Source of the DNA: an uncultured virus (IMG/VR IMGVR_UViG_3300026484_000088)
Lineage: Duplodnaviria > Heunggongvirae > Uroviricota > Caudoviricetes
Virus record (IMG/VR): IMGVR_UViG_3300026484_000088
Length of the DNA stretch: 64,000 bases
Strand: one strand, 5' to 3'
Within the stretch, counting starts at the first letter, position 1; every line of letters begins with the position of its first letter. The translations under genes and the position numbers were made by a program. Shown here piece by piece: positions 18,929 through 29,424 of this stretch. The notes under the pieces are model-generated. The model was not told where the DNA came from, made no database searches, and saw only the letters and a list, made by a program, of their open reading frames with translations.

Positions 18929-21900
18929 TTAACATCCTTTTTCTTTTTGTAATTTCTCTAATTTAATTTTAGCATTATTTAGAATTGTATCAGATTTTTT
19001 TACCCTACCTAACTTAATATCATTATTAATCAACATTTCTTTAAGTTTTAATATTTCAGCATTTATTTTATCTTCATTTTTTAATACTTTAATACTTTCT
19101 TTAAATTTTTCTCTACTTAAGTTTTTAGTAAATACTTCTTTTTTTAGAACTTCTAAATCTTTTTTTAATTGTTGTTTAGTTTCTTCCTGTTGGTTTATTT
19201 GTTCAGCTATTTCATTTATTTCTTCTTGTATAGGTTCATATGTATTTTCTTTATTAACTGATAATTCAGATTTCATATTACCATTTTCATCTAATTCAGT
19301 TGTTATTTGATTTAATAAATCATTAATATTAATTTCTATATGTTCTATTTTTTCTTCTGGTTCAATATTATTTTCTGATGGTGTAGATTCTTTTTTTGTT
19401 TGAGTGTTATTAGGTTTAGTATAATTAATAATTGCTTTATTAATATCTTCTGCTAATGATATATTATTTTCAGTAAGATCATTGAATTCTGTATTTACAA
19501 TATTATATGTTTCATTAGAATCTTTACTATTGCTATGCTGTTTCCAAATAACATGTCCAGAACTATCTGTTTGATTTGTTTGTACATATGTAGTATATTG
19601 TCTTGGTTTTCCTGTTGTGTCATATGTAGCCATTAATACATATAATCTACCATCTGAACCTTTAAATTTATTTAATAATTTTAATGACGTTACTTCTCTT
19701 GTTTGTTTTCCACCAATAGTTTTATTAGTTTCACCAGCAGGGTACAATTTATAATTGTATTTACTTGAGGGTATTAATGATACAGGAATTTCAATAGGTT
19801 TATTATTACTATCAAAGAATGATACATATTTCCCATTTTTTAATGGTAAAGTAACTTCAGGACTTTGTTTAGTCGATTTATCTACTGATTTCTTTATAGT
19901 TACTTCATTTTTATTTAATTTAGTTATATGTAATATACTATTATTATCTTTATTGCTATTTATTATAGTATTTTCTGGTATATTTAAATTATTACTAGAT
20001 GTAGTTTTCTTTGGCTCAGATTTAGCTTTAGAACTATTTTCTTTTTGTGAAGTACTATTAGTATCATTTACTTTATTTGAACCAGAAATCAAAGATAATA
20101 GCTCTTTAGCAATAGTTTTTAATTCAGAGGCATTAGTTACTTGTTGTAATTTAGTTAAATATTCTTTTTGTTGGTTATCATTTAAGAAAGTTTTAATATA
20201 TAGTTCTACTTGATCTTTTTTTCTATTGATAAATGATTGATTTGTAGAATCTTTTAATTTAGTAATGATCCAGTTTAAATCATCTATTGCTATAGTTTTC
20301 TTTTCTTGTAAAGAACCTTTTTCAAATGCTGAAATAAATAATTGTCTTCTATCTACTTTTTTATAGTCAGCTTGATAGTTAAAATCTTTACCTCCAAGCA
20401 TATTTCTAAGTAATTTAATAAAATTAATTAGCATTTTTAAATCTTCAGGACTTATATCATCAAATCCTAATGATGAACCAAGAATATCAATATCTTCATC
20501 TGATATTTTTCCATCTTCATCTAAAACATTTAATAAATTGCTTACTATATCTAATGTATCTTTATCTAATTCGCCTTCAAAGAATTTTTCTTCAATATTA
20601 TCCGGTTTAATACCTTTAGATTTAAGTATTTTACCTACAGTTTCTAAAGTATCTTTTTTAACTGTATTTATGTTATTTTTAGCTTTTTCTTTATATTTTT
20701 CATCATCTGTGTAATTATCTAAATAAATATCTCTTAATTCACTAAAATGTTTTAATATTGAACCAAGAGTAGTTATATCGTTTGGCTCTACTTTAGATTT
20801 TTCTTTTATATTTTTAATTGTTTGTATTAATGTACTTGTATCATCTCCTGTACGAAGTTTATCATATTCTTCTTTCATAGGCTTAACTACATTATCCATA
20901 AATTTAGTAGTATATCTATCAGAATTGAATGCTTGTTTAGCTTGAGCTATTAATGATTTTTGTATGTTAAATGCTTCAACTTGTTTATCTTTTTCTTCTC
21001 TTAATAAACTTTTTTTATAGTCTGTGTATTTTAATTTATTTATACCTGTATCATTTTTAAAAGTCGATTCTATATTATTAAATTCATTAGATAATATATT
21101 ATTTAATATATCTATATTTTTTTGTACTGCTGGTTTATTTTCTTTTGGTGTTGTTTCTAAATAATCTCTTAATTCTTTTAGTTTAGTAATTACATCAGTA
21201 TATTTTAAATTATTAGTTAAAACATCTTGTAATATCTCAGCTTTTATTTGAGAAGGTAATTTATTCTCATTTTCTATCTTAGTATCTATTATAAGAGTTT
21301 GTAAATCTTGATAACCTAAAGATTGAGCATATTTATCTGTAGCTAATGCATTAAATATCACATCAATATTATCATTATTTAAGTTATTTAATATATTATC
21401 TGTTGATAAGTTGTCATTTAAGAATGATGCAAATTTAGTAATATTATTTAATATATTATTGTTAATTTTTTTTACAACTTCATTATATAAATGTTCTCCT
21501 GCATTATTAGGATTTTCTATTGGTTTTAAATTAAATGGATTAGAAGTAGATTGTTTTATTTTATTTATTCCTTGATCTATAGAATTAAGCTCAATCTCTC
21601 TTTTACTTAAATGATGGATTAATTCTTCCTTACTTTTTAATCCATTTTCTTCCATATAAGTTTTAATTCTTTTACTAAAGTCATTGGTTCTATATAACCT
21701 ATCTGCCATTGCATTATTTACTAATGCTATAAAATGAGGAGTACCTTCTACAGTTAAATTAGTTACTTTACCCGCAAAGAAACCTAAAGTCCCACCTATA
21801 ATAGCTTCATCTTCTGCTTCTTCTATTAAATCTTCTATTGATTTATCTTTATATTTAGCTGTATCATATTTAGTAATTACATTATTAATTACTGGATCAA

Positions 21901-23257
21901 GCATTTCAGCTGGTACTTCTACTGCACCTGCTTTAAGTGATGATCTCATAGTTTGTTGTACAGCATACCATAAACTATTTCCTGCTTGTTCAGGATAAAG
22001 TTTTTTTAATTCATCAAATGTTGCTATTTCTTTACCTGTTAATTTATTTTTAAAGATTAATTTATTTATACCATGTCCAAATACTATTTCTCCTGCTCCA
22101 TTTTGGATCAATGAATTTATATATGAACCAAGTAATATTCCTGTTTTATGGTCTGTTGATAACTCTTTACCTCTATTATTTACTTGAGCTATCCTTATAT
22201 TTTCTGCACCATAAGCTGAACCAAGTAAAGTAGTAGATAATGCTAACCCAGAAGCTGTCCCACCTGTTACTATATTAGATCCAATAATTACTGCCATTTC
22301 AGGTAAAGATTGTGCTAATACTTGAGGAGTAACTATAGCACTTTTTAGTATTTGAAATCCCCCATGAAAGAAATCTCCCCAATTACCAGCAGTTACTCCT
22401 TTCCAACCTTCAAGTATTCTTTTACTTGCTATTTCTAAATCTTTAGTATTGTATCCTGCATAGTAGTTAGCATTTCTACTTCTATCATCTAAATAAGCTA
22501 AAGTTTCTCCTATAACTCCTTTGTCTCCTACATCACCTAACCATTCTAATGGTAATGCTTCTATTTTAGATATTAAACTTGTTAATCCTGATCCGAATGC
22601 ATGAGCTGTTTCAGTCCAATAACCTTTATATCTAGCTGATGATCCTTGAATTAAATTAGCTTGATCTAATTGTTGTTTAAATTGTTCTTGTTTTAATTGA
22701 GTATCTAATTCATTTTTAACTTGATCTGTTATATCTCCATATAAGTTAGTCATATTAGTTAATGATGGATCTTTTATTTCTTCTGTTAATGTATCTATTT
22801 TAGATTGAATTAATTCTTTATCACTTGGGTCTTTAGCATTAATTAGCATTTGCTGTAATTGTTTTAAATCATTCTGTTGTTTTAGTTGTAGTTCTTTCTG
22901 GTTCAAATATTGATTACTTTCAATAGCTTGATCAAATATATCTAATTGAGCTTTAGATACTGTGTCTTTTCTACTTAATACATTGAAAAAGTCTTTATCT
23001 TGTTCAAATACTCTATTATATTTATCTTGATCCAGAGAAAGAGAATCTTTAGTTATTGATATATCATTTAAACCAAGATCTGTAGATTGATCTGGTTCTA
23101 ATTCATTTTGGATAGTTTCAATAGTAGTACCTACATTAGAACTACCTATATTCTCTCTGTCAGAAACTCTTTGTAATTTCTTATCAGTATTTAGTGATTT
23201 ATACTCTTCTTCATTTTTCTTTTTATATAATTCATTTAAGTAATCAAATACATCCAT
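18929..23257 (-). CDS. Large internal virion (ejection) protein, 1442 aa
   Basis: Gly/Ala-rich hydrophobic segments around aa 210-510, then coiled-coil regions; abuts the vRNAP gene. Confidence 0.65.
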   Translation of the reverse strand: MDVFDYLNELYKKKNEEEYKSLNTDKKLQRVSDRENIGSSNVGTTIETIQNELEPDQSTDLGLNDISITKDSLSLDQDKYNRVFEQDKDFFNVLSRKDTVSKAQLDIFDQAIESNQYLNQKELQLKQQNDLKQLQQMLINAKDPSDKELIQSKIDTLTEEIKDPSLTNMTNLYGDITDQVKNELDTQLKQEQFKQQLDQANLIQGSSARYKGYWTETAHAFGSGLTSLISKIEALPLEWLGDVGDKGVIGETLAYLDDRSRNANYYAGYNTKDLEIASKRILEGWKGVTAGNWGDFFHGGFQILKSAIVTPQVLAQSLPEMAVIIGSNIVTGGTASGLALSTTLLGSAYGAENIRIAQVNNRGKELSTDHKTGILLGSYINSLIQNGAGEIVFGHGINKLIFKNKLTGKEIATFDELKKLYPEQAGNSLWYAVQQTMRSSLKAGAVEVPAEMLDPVINNVITKYDTAKYKDKSIEDLIEEAEDEAIIGGTLGFFAGKVTNLTVEGTPHFIALVNNAMADRLYRTNDFSKRIKTYMEENGLKSKEELIHHLSKREIELNSIDQGINKIKQSTSNPFNLKPIENPNNAGEHLYNEVVKKINNNILNNITKFASFLNDNLSTDNILNNLNNDNIDVIFNALATDKYAQSLGYQDLQTLIIDTKIENENKLPSQIKAEILQDVLTNNLKYTDVITKLKELRDYLETTPKENKPAVQKNIDILNNILSNEFNNIESTFKNDTGINKLKYTDYKKSLLREEKDKQVEAFNIQKSLIAQAKQAFNSDRYTTKFMDNVVKPMKEEYDKLRTGDDTSTLIQTIKNIKEKSKVEPNDITTLGSILKHFSELRDIYLDNYTDDEKYKEKAKNNINTVKKDTLETVGKILKSKGIKPDNIEEKFFEGELDKDTLDIVSNLLNVLDEDGKISDEDIDILGSSLGFDDISPEDLKMLINFIKLLRNMLGGKDFNYQADYKKVDRRQLFISAFEKGSLQEKKTIAIDDLNWIITKLKDSTNQSFINRKKDQVELYIKTFLNDNQQKEYLTKLQQVTNASELKTIAKELLSLISGSNKVNDTNSTSQKENSSKAKSEPKKTTSSNNLNIPENTIINSNKDNNSILHITKLNKNEVTIKKSVDKSTKQSPEVTLPLKNGKYVSFFDSNNKPIEIPVSLIPSSKYNYKLYPAGETNKTIGGKQTREVTSLKLLNKFKGSDGRLYVLMATYDTTGKPRQYTTYVQTNQTDSSGHVIWKQHSNSKDSNETYNIVNTEFNDLTENNISLAEDINKAIINYTKPNNTQTKKESTPSENNIEPEEKIEHIEININDLLNQITTELDENGNMKSELSVNKENTYEPIQEEINEIAEQINQQEETKQQLKKDLEVLKKEVFTKNLSREKFKESIKVLKNEDKINAEILKLKEMLINNDIKLGRVKKSDTILNNAKIKLEKLQKEKGC

Positions 23258-23271
23258 AATATTTTTCCTTT

Positions 23272-25461
23272 TTATTTATTCTTTAATATTTCATTTACAG
23301 TAGTTTCTATAGTATCAGCTAAATGTACAATTCCTGTAAAATTAGTAGTACATTTTCCCATAAACCCTACATTTTTACAACCTTCTATTTTATTACCTAA
23401 ATTAGTCAAGAACTTATGGTAAAATTCACCCAAGTCGTTATTATTCTTTAAATATTTTATTACTTCTGGATTTTTAAATCTTTGCATATAATGAACATCT
23501 CCAGAATTCACTCCCATTAATGTAGCAGTTGTATTCATAAAATTTAATATATTTTTCTTATTTGAAAATATTCTTTTAGAGTTTATATTAAATGTAGCTG
23601 TACTTGGATCAGCAGGATTACTATCACCCAACCTTACTCTTACCCCTTTAATGTTATTAAATGATCTTAAGTTAGCTGAAGCTTTACCTACATAAACTGC
23701 ATTTACAAACATATCTTTAGTCATTTCTTCAAATTTAGCTTTAGGTAATTCTCCATAAGTGTTTTTATATAATTCATAATAATTTTTAACTACAGGATTA
23801 TTAAAGTTTAATGAGCCATCTTTTTTAAATGTTTTATTTACTAATTTTGCATTTTCTTTTTTAGTGTATGTCTGTGTAAGTGTTAATGGTGTTATTTTAT
23901 TAATATTATCAGGAGTAACTGCATCTTCTTTAGGAAGTTCTATATTATAGTTATATGTATGTTCAGTTGTTATCTTAGCAATATTCTCTACATTACTATT
24001 TTTAGCATACTTATATAAATCTTTAGAAGTAACGTAGTAAGTAGGTACTCCCCCAATATCTACAGCTTTTAATTTATCTTTTGGAACTTTAACATTATTA
24101 ATAATTAAGTAATCTTTAGATTGTGAATTAATTCCATTATCCTTGTTTATTAATTGTGTTTCTGGAACCAAGAATACTTTATTCTTACCTGTAGCTAAAT
24201 CATATGCATCTTTGTAAGTTTCATATATATTATAGACTCTTTGTGGTATATCACTACCTTGTTTTATATGCCCATCTTTATCTAAATATTTTTCTATTTC
24301 TCCTGGTTTAACGTCAGGTAATTCTTGAGCCAAGAAATCAGCAGGAGAGATATTTTTACTTAGATATCGATCCATATGATATTGTTTTAATATATGTTGA
24401 GGTATTAAATCATTAATAGCTTCTTCGGTGTTTAAAGCATTTATTGTTTGTTCTTGCTTGTTTTCTGGATCAGTGTTTACATTTATAGTATTACTTGTAT
24501 ATGTTGTATAAGTAGGTTCAGATACTTGTTTTTGTGTAATGTATTGTTCTTTATATTTAGATAAATCTGATGTATTTACTTTAGGTTTAGTCTCTTTAGG
24601 TAATGCAGCATATTTTAAATAATCATTTGCTCTTTTTTCTGTAGTAGCATCCCAACCTTGTTTAATAGCGTAATCATGTAATAATTGTTGTGCTCTTTTA
24701 TATTCTACTGAATCAGTATAAACTCTATCTATATTAATTCCTTGGTTTTGTAAATATGTTAATGAATTATTAACTGTTTCAGTAACTTTTTTATTATATT
24801 CATCTAAAGCTCTTGTTTTATCATATACTTCATCATCTGAAGTAGTTTGCTTAAGTTTAAGATATGCTGACATCAAACCTGTTTTTTCTTCAGGTGTAGA
24901 TGCTGATTTAATATCATTTTTATATTCTTGTTCCATAACTTTCCAAGCTTCATTAGGACCTAAATTAGAATTAATTTCACTAAATTTATTAGCATATTTA
25001 CTTAGTGTATCATTAGTTATTTTATTTACATAGGTTGATTTTAATTCAGCAGGAGTATTTAAAGTTGCTTTTAAAGCAATATCTTCTGAACCAGCCGATC
25101 TTAATAATTCATTTCTTTTAGAAAGTAGTTTTTTATATTGTTCTTTATATGCTTTTCTTTGTTCTGGATCAGATAAATCTAATTGTTGTAGTTGTTCTAA
25201 TCCTTTAGTATAAGTAGTCATAATATTTAAAGTATTTAACTTTTTATTTTGTTCAGCTAATTTTTCTTCTTGTCTATTGTATTTATCTATAGATGCTTGA
25301 TCTTTAGCTTGTCTATAATCATCATTTCTTTGTAATTGATTAGCAATAGATAAATAATGGTCAATAACTTTAGAACCATCTGGTACATCTATTGATGGAG
25401 TAGAACCAGTATTTATTTGTTGGTTTGCTATTTTCTGATAATAATTATTTGTAGTATCCAT
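23272..25461 (-). CDS. Virion/ejection protein, 729 aa
   Basis: Position in the structural operon; helical N-terminal half. Confidence 0.55.
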   Translation of the reverse strand: MDTTNNYYQKIANQQINTGSTPSIDVPDGSKVIDHYLSIANQLQRNDDYRQAKDQASIDKYNRQEEKLAEQNKKLNTLNIMTTYTKGLEQLQQLDLSDPEQRKAYKEQYKKLLSKRNELLRSAGSEDIALKATLNTPAELKSTYVNKITNDTLSKYANKFSEINSNLGPNEAWKVMEQEYKNDIKSASTPEEKTGLMSAYLKLKQTTSDDEVYDKTRALDEYNKKVTETVNNSLTYLQNQGINIDRVYTDSVEYKRAQQLLHDYAIKQGWDATTEKRANDYLKYAALPKETKPKVNTSDLSKYKEQYITQKQVSEPTYTTYTSNTINVNTDPENKQEQTINALNTEEAINDLIPQHILKQYHMDRYLSKNISPADFLAQELPDVKPGEIEKYLDKDGHIKQGSDIPQRVYNIYETYKDAYDLATGKNKVFLVPETQLINKDNGINSQSKDYLIINNVKVPKDKLKAVDIGGVPTYYVTSKDLYKYAKNSNVENIAKITTEHTYNYNIELPKEDAVTPDNINKITPLTLTQTYTKKENAKLVNKTFKKDGSLNFNNPVVKNYYELYKNTYGELPKAKFEEMTKDMFVNAVYVGKASANLRSFNNIKGVRVRLGDSNPADPSTATFNINSKRIFSNKKNILNFMNTTATLMGVNSGDVHYMQRFKNPEVIKYLKNNNDLGEFYHKFLTNLGNKIEGCKNVGFMGKCTTNFTGIVHLADTIETTVNEILKNK

Positions 25462-25518
25462 ATAAAATCCTTATGATATGTTTAATTATATTTAATTATA
25501 CCATAGGATTTTATATAG
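25459..25518 (-). promoter_or_regulatory. Extended -10 promoter inside an RBS-sequestering inverted repeat
   Basis: TGGTATAAT (25495-25503, minus); arms ATATAAAATCCTATG / CATAAGGATTTTATAT cover the RBS and ATG. Confidence 0.55.
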
Positions 25519-25523
25519 AATTG

Positions 25524-26096
25524 TTAATATGAAGAATTAAGATTTTTTCTAATTTTATTTACTCTAGCCCACTCACTTTTTAAATGTTCTCTGTTATCTT
25601 TTAAAGCTTCAGTTTGTTCTTCCATTAAAGCTTTTTGTTTTTTCATTGCTGCATGAGAGTCTATATAATTAGCAACACCTAAAGCTAGACCTCCAGCAGC
25701 TAAACCAGTTTGTATCCCTGAACCATATTTCTGCATAAAAGAATCTTCTTTCATTGCATATATATTTCCATTTCCATCTTTAAATGTTTTAAATCCACTT
25801 TCAGTAAGTTTCTTTTCCATTATTGGATCTAATTTTCCATTAAATTTAAGAATACTTTGATCACCTACATGTACAGAATTCATAGTATTAGGTTTAGTAG
25901 GATTTAATTTTAAATTAGAAAATATATTTTGAGATTGAGTTGGTGTATTATTTACAGGATTTCGTGTACCATCCATAAATTTTTTAAAATTATCAAATCC
26001 TGTTATAGTTTGAGTAGTTCCATCACTTAATTTTAATGTAAAAGTTTGTAATCCATTAGAATTATAACCACTTGTTATATTATTATAATTACTCAT
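25524..26096 (-). CDS. Virion structural/ejection protein (N4 gp52-like)
   Basis: GLAAGGLALGVANY hydrophobic segment followed by a coiled coil. Confidence 0.55.
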   Translation of the reverse strand: MSNYNNITSGYNSNGLQTFTLKLSDGTTQTITGFDNFKKFMDGTRNPVNNTPTQSQNIFSNLKLNPTKPNTMNSVHVGDQSILKFNGKLDPIMEKKLTESGFKTFKDGNGNIYAMKEDSFMQKYGSGIQTGLAAGGLALGVANYIDSHAAMKKQKALMEEQTEALKDNREHLKSEWARVNKIRKNLNSSY

Positions 26097-26099
26097 AAT

Positions 26100-26558
26100 T
26101 TACCCTTCTAAAACTTGTACAATATATTTTTTATCCATGTAAGGTACATCTACATTTCCTAAAATACCTTTATTAACTTTATTAAACTTTTGTACTTGTG
26201 TATTTTCAAGTTTTTTAATAATAGGTATAGGTAAATCTATTTTTTCATTAAATGGAACCACGAAAGAATATGTACCTGTAACATTAGTAATACTAATTAA
26301 TGCACTATCTCTAATATCATTTGGATCATTTTTAGTAACTATACACTTTTTAGTTTTATTCATCTTGGTTCTAACATTATTATTAAATCCTATTCTTGTA
26401 GCAGTTTGTGCAGCATATGCTTCTAATTTTTTAATCAGAATTTCTTTAGTATCTGTTTTAGACAATTCTATATTTTTTCTTTTACATTCAGCTTTAAGCT
26501 CTTGAAAACTTAAGTCATGAAATACTGATTTTTCTTCTTGTAATAATTGATTAGACAT
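26100..26558 (-). CDS. N4 gp55-like protein with N-terminal SAP/HeH-like motif
   Basis: LSFQELKAECKRKNI..DTKEILIKKL; VPFN; directly after the capsid gene. Confidence 0.6.
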   Translation of the reverse strand: MSNQLLQEEKSVFHDLSFQELKAECKRKNIELSKTDTKEILIKKLEAYAAQTATRIGFNNNVRTKMNKTKKCIVTKNDPNDIRDSALISITNVTGTYSFVVPFNEKIDLPIPIIKKLENTQVQKFNKVNKGILGNVDVPYMDKKYIVQVLEG

Positions 26559-26563
26559 TAATA

Positions 26564-26610
26564 TCTCCTTAAATTAATTTTTATAAATTATATCAGAAAT
26601 TAATAGGAGA
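26564..26610 (-). promoter_or_regulatory. Extended -10 promoter within an anti-SD/SD inverted repeat
   Basis: Minus strand TCTCCTATTAATTTC-TGATATAAT-...AAATTAAT(TTA)AGGAGA-ATG. Confidence 0.55.
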
Positions 26611-26621
26611 AATAAAGTAGT

Positions 26622-26648
26622 AAGGAAAAAGAACCAGAAAAGGTTCTA
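26622..26648 (-). terminator. Rho-independent terminator after the capsid gene
   Basis: AGAACC-TTTTCT-GGTTCT followed by TTTT on the minus strand. Confidence 0.6.
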
Positions 26649-26652
26649 ATTA

Positions 26653-27858
26653 TTAGTTAGGGATTGGACAAGTAACTTCCATTACAGCAAGATGATCTGG
26701 TCTTGTAATTACTGTTGCATATCTGAATTTATATGCTACATAACCTCTTTCACCAATAGGGTTACCATTATCAATAACTTCAGGAAATCTTGTATAAATC
26801 ATTTGTTTAGTTTTACCTTGAAGACCTACAGTACTAATAGCATCTTTAGCCATAACTACTACTGGATATACATCATATGCATATTTATCATCATCGTTTT
26901 TACTTGAGAAACAATATTCTGAAGCATTATCCCCATTATCATTTACTAAGTTACCTTGATGAGCATAGTTACCAAGTGTTTCACTATAAAGAATTCTAAA
27001 TCTACCTAATCTACCAATTTCTTCTAACCCTTCCATTTTTACAATATTTGTTGGATCAGAATATGTTTCAATAGGTTGGAAATCAGGAAATAAATCTTCA
27101 TTAATTAATGCCCCATATAAATCTGCACCTACAATTACGTAGAATGATTGTGGAATAGGTTTAGTACCAATTCTATTTTGTCCTGCAATTAATGAACTCA
27201 TAGGTTTAGCTTTATTAGTTACAAGTTTATTAAATACTTGAATAGTTAAAGCTTGAGTAAGTGAATATTCTCTCGATTTAGCATCTTCTGTCCCACCTAC
27301 TTCATCTCTACTTGTAGCATCCCCACCATAAACAACAAAGTCAGTATTAAGAATGTCTCTCATCATTAAATCGTTATATGCTAAGTTCATTTGCATAGTA
27401 ACATCTTCAACTGTAAGTACTCTTACACTATCTTCTGAATAAGTTTCAACATCTTCAGTTAACTCAACAATTCCAGCATATTTTTTCATTTGTGTTTGGA
27501 ATGTAACTTTTCTAAATGTACCTAATTGATAGATGTCAGATTTTTTAGTTACACCTTCGTCAGTAACTTGCATATCATCAAGTTTTTTATTAACAGCAGC
27601 TAAATCTCTTTCAGCAATATAACCACCTTTAACTCCTGTGTATGCACCATTTTCATCAATAACATCTCTATGAATTGACCAAAAATAAGTACTAACTTTA
27701 AATGTATCCCCTGAACCAGATTGCATCATATCTTTTAAATTAGCAAACTTTGAAAAGTTAAATGTTTGGTCAATTTTTCTTCTAGCAATTCTTGAATAAA
27801 AATTCTGTACTTGTGTACCTTGAGTAGAATCACCAGAGTTGTATACATAAATAGCCAT
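26653..27858 (-). CDS. Major capsid protein (N4 gp56-like)
   Basis: 401 aa; VVYGGDATS, RIGTKPI, EIGRLGRFRI, YDVYPVV, PIGERG, RPDHLA. Confidence 0.9.
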   Translation of the reverse strand: MAIYVYNSGDSTQGTQVQNFYSRIARRKIDQTFNFSKFANLKDMMQSGSGDTFKVSTYFWSIHRDVIDENGAYTGVKGGYIAERDLAAVNKKLDDMQVTDEGVTKKSDIYQLGTFRKVTFQTQMKKYAGIVELTEDVETYSEDSVRVLTVEDVTMQMNLAYNDLMMRDILNTDFVVYGGDATSRDEVGGTEDAKSREYSLTQALTIQVFNKLVTNKAKPMSSLIAGQNRIGTKPIPQSFYVIVGADLYGALINEDLFPDFQPIETYSDPTNIVKMEGLEEIGRLGRFRILYSETLGNYAHQGNLVNDNGDNASEYCFSSKNDDDKYAYDVYPVVVMAKDAISTVGLQGKTKQMIYTRFPEVIDNGNPIGERGYVAYKFRYATVITRPDHLAVMEVTCPIPN

Positions 27859-27958
27859 GTAAAACTCCTTGTTTTAGTTTAATATTATCTGTTCAGTATA
27901 TATCCATATGACATATACACTGAATCGAAAATATACATAAACAGAAGTGTAGCAGAAA

Positions 27959-29047
27959 TTAATCTACTACAAATCCATTAACACCAACAAGATTATTATA
28001 GTAAGCTTCAAATTCTGCATCAGTCATTTCATCAACAGATTTTTCTTTTTTAGTAGGAGTATTTTTAGTTTTAGAACCAGCAGACATTCTTTTTCTTTTT
28101 TCTGATTTAGATTTAGTTTTAGTTTCTATTTCAGTTTTAGTGTCTTGAGCTTTTTGTTCTGTAGTTTCTTTTAAGTTAGATATGAATTTGTCATAAGCTT
28201 TAACTAGTAAATCAAATTGTGAGCCAGGTTCACCAAGTAGTTTCATTTTAGTATATTCTGGTAATACATTATCTATTAAACCAGATTTAGTTAATTCAGC
28301 TACAAATTTAAGATTATTACTATCTTTAAACACTGTTTGTCTTGATTTCTCATCAAACTCTCTCATAACTAAATTATCAAATTTAGTAGATACTTGTGGA
28401 TCTTTCTGAATATTTTCTAAGATTGATTTAGCTTCAATGTACTCCATATCAGCTTTTACCTCATTTGGTTTATACTCAGTAATTTCATCATCATCTACAT
28501 CTATATCCATTGGATCAATATTAGCTTTTTTTAATAGTTTAGCAATAGCTTTAGGATTACCTTTCTTTGCTTCAGCTAATAAATATAAGTCTTCTTCTTC
28601 TACACCTTGTTCTTTTAAACCTTCAACAATAGAAATGTCTTCTTTATACTTATCAAATTTAGCTTTATCTTTTACTGATGACTCTGCTAATTTTTTTAAT
28701 TCTTCTTGAGAGTTAATTTCTATTTTTGTATCACCTAAATCAATTAATATAGGTGCTTCATTAGATGTGGGAGAAGTGTCTATTTTATTAGCATTTTCAG
28801 ATTGTGTATTTTCTATTTCTATATTAGTTTCTTCTTCTGGTTCAGAAGAATCATTATTTATATTTTCTTCATTTTCTCTCTCTTCTGGCTCAGTAATATT
28901 TTCTTCATCTTGATTTTCTGTATCAGTAGTATTTGTTGTTGTAGTGTTATTATCTACATCATAATAAACTCCATCTTCTAAATCAGGAAGAGAATCTAAT
29001 TCTCTTTCTTCATTAGTAGTAGAATTTTCAAGTTGATCTAAATTCAT
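27959..29047 (-). CDS. Scaffold-like acidic protein (N4 gp57-like)
   Basis: Acidic N-terminus; KGNPKAIAKLLK..IDPMDID; EMTDAEFEA. Confidence 0.7.
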   Translation of the reverse strand: MNLDQLENSTTNEERELDSLPDLEDGVYYDVDNNTTTTNTTDTENQDEENITEPEERENEENINNDSSEPEEETNIEIENTQSENANKIDTSPTSNEAPILIDLGDTKIEINSQEELKKLAESSVKDKAKFDKYKEDISIVEGLKEQGVEEEDLYLLAEAKKGNPKAIAKLLKKANIDPMDIDVDDDEITEYKPNEVKADMEYIEAKSILENIQKDPQVSTKFDNLVMREFDEKSRQTVFKDSNNLKFVAELTKSGLIDNVLPEYTKMKLLGEPGSQFDLLVKAYDKFISNLKETTEQKAQDTKTEIETKTKSKSEKRKRMSAGSKTKNTPTKKEKSVDEMTDAEFEAYYNNLVGVNGFVVD

Positions 29048-29061
29048 TTAAATTCCTTTAA

Positions 29062-29370
29062 TTATTTACTTAACTCTTCAATTTCTGCATTTAGTTTTAC
29101 AGTATCTATATCTCTTAAAGAATCTAATGTTTTTTCAAGACTTGCTCTCCACATAAATTCTTCCATTACTTCCATTCTTCTTTCTGGTTCAGTAAATGCT
29201 AATTGAGTTTTCCATTGTAATACTTGAGTTTCTAAAATAAATTTTAATAGTGCTTTAAAATCTTCATTTCTATCAAGTCTACTTAATACACCATTTATTT
29301 CTAATAGTTCTTTTCTTGCTTCTAATTCAGCATTACTATTCCCAAATCCTGCGATAAATTCGTTACTCAT
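29062..29370 (-). CDS. Conserved N4-like protein (gp58-like)
   Basis: LSRLDRNEDFKALL; between the portal and scaffold genes. Confidence 0.6.
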   Translation of the reverse strand: MSNEFIAGFGNSNAELEARKELLEINGVLSRLDRNEDFKALLKFILETQVLQWKTQLAFTEPERRMEVMEEFMWRASLEKTLDSLRDIDTVKLNAEIEELSK

Positions 29371-29403
29371 CTTGGTCTCCTTAAAGTTTCTTATTTCATT
29401 AAT

Positions 29404-29412
29404 ATTATATCC
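29404..29412 (-). promoter_or_regulatory. Putative -10 element
   Basis: GGATATAAT on the minus strand upstream of the 102-aa gene. Confidence 0.4.
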
Positions 29413-29424
29413 AAAAACCAGTTA

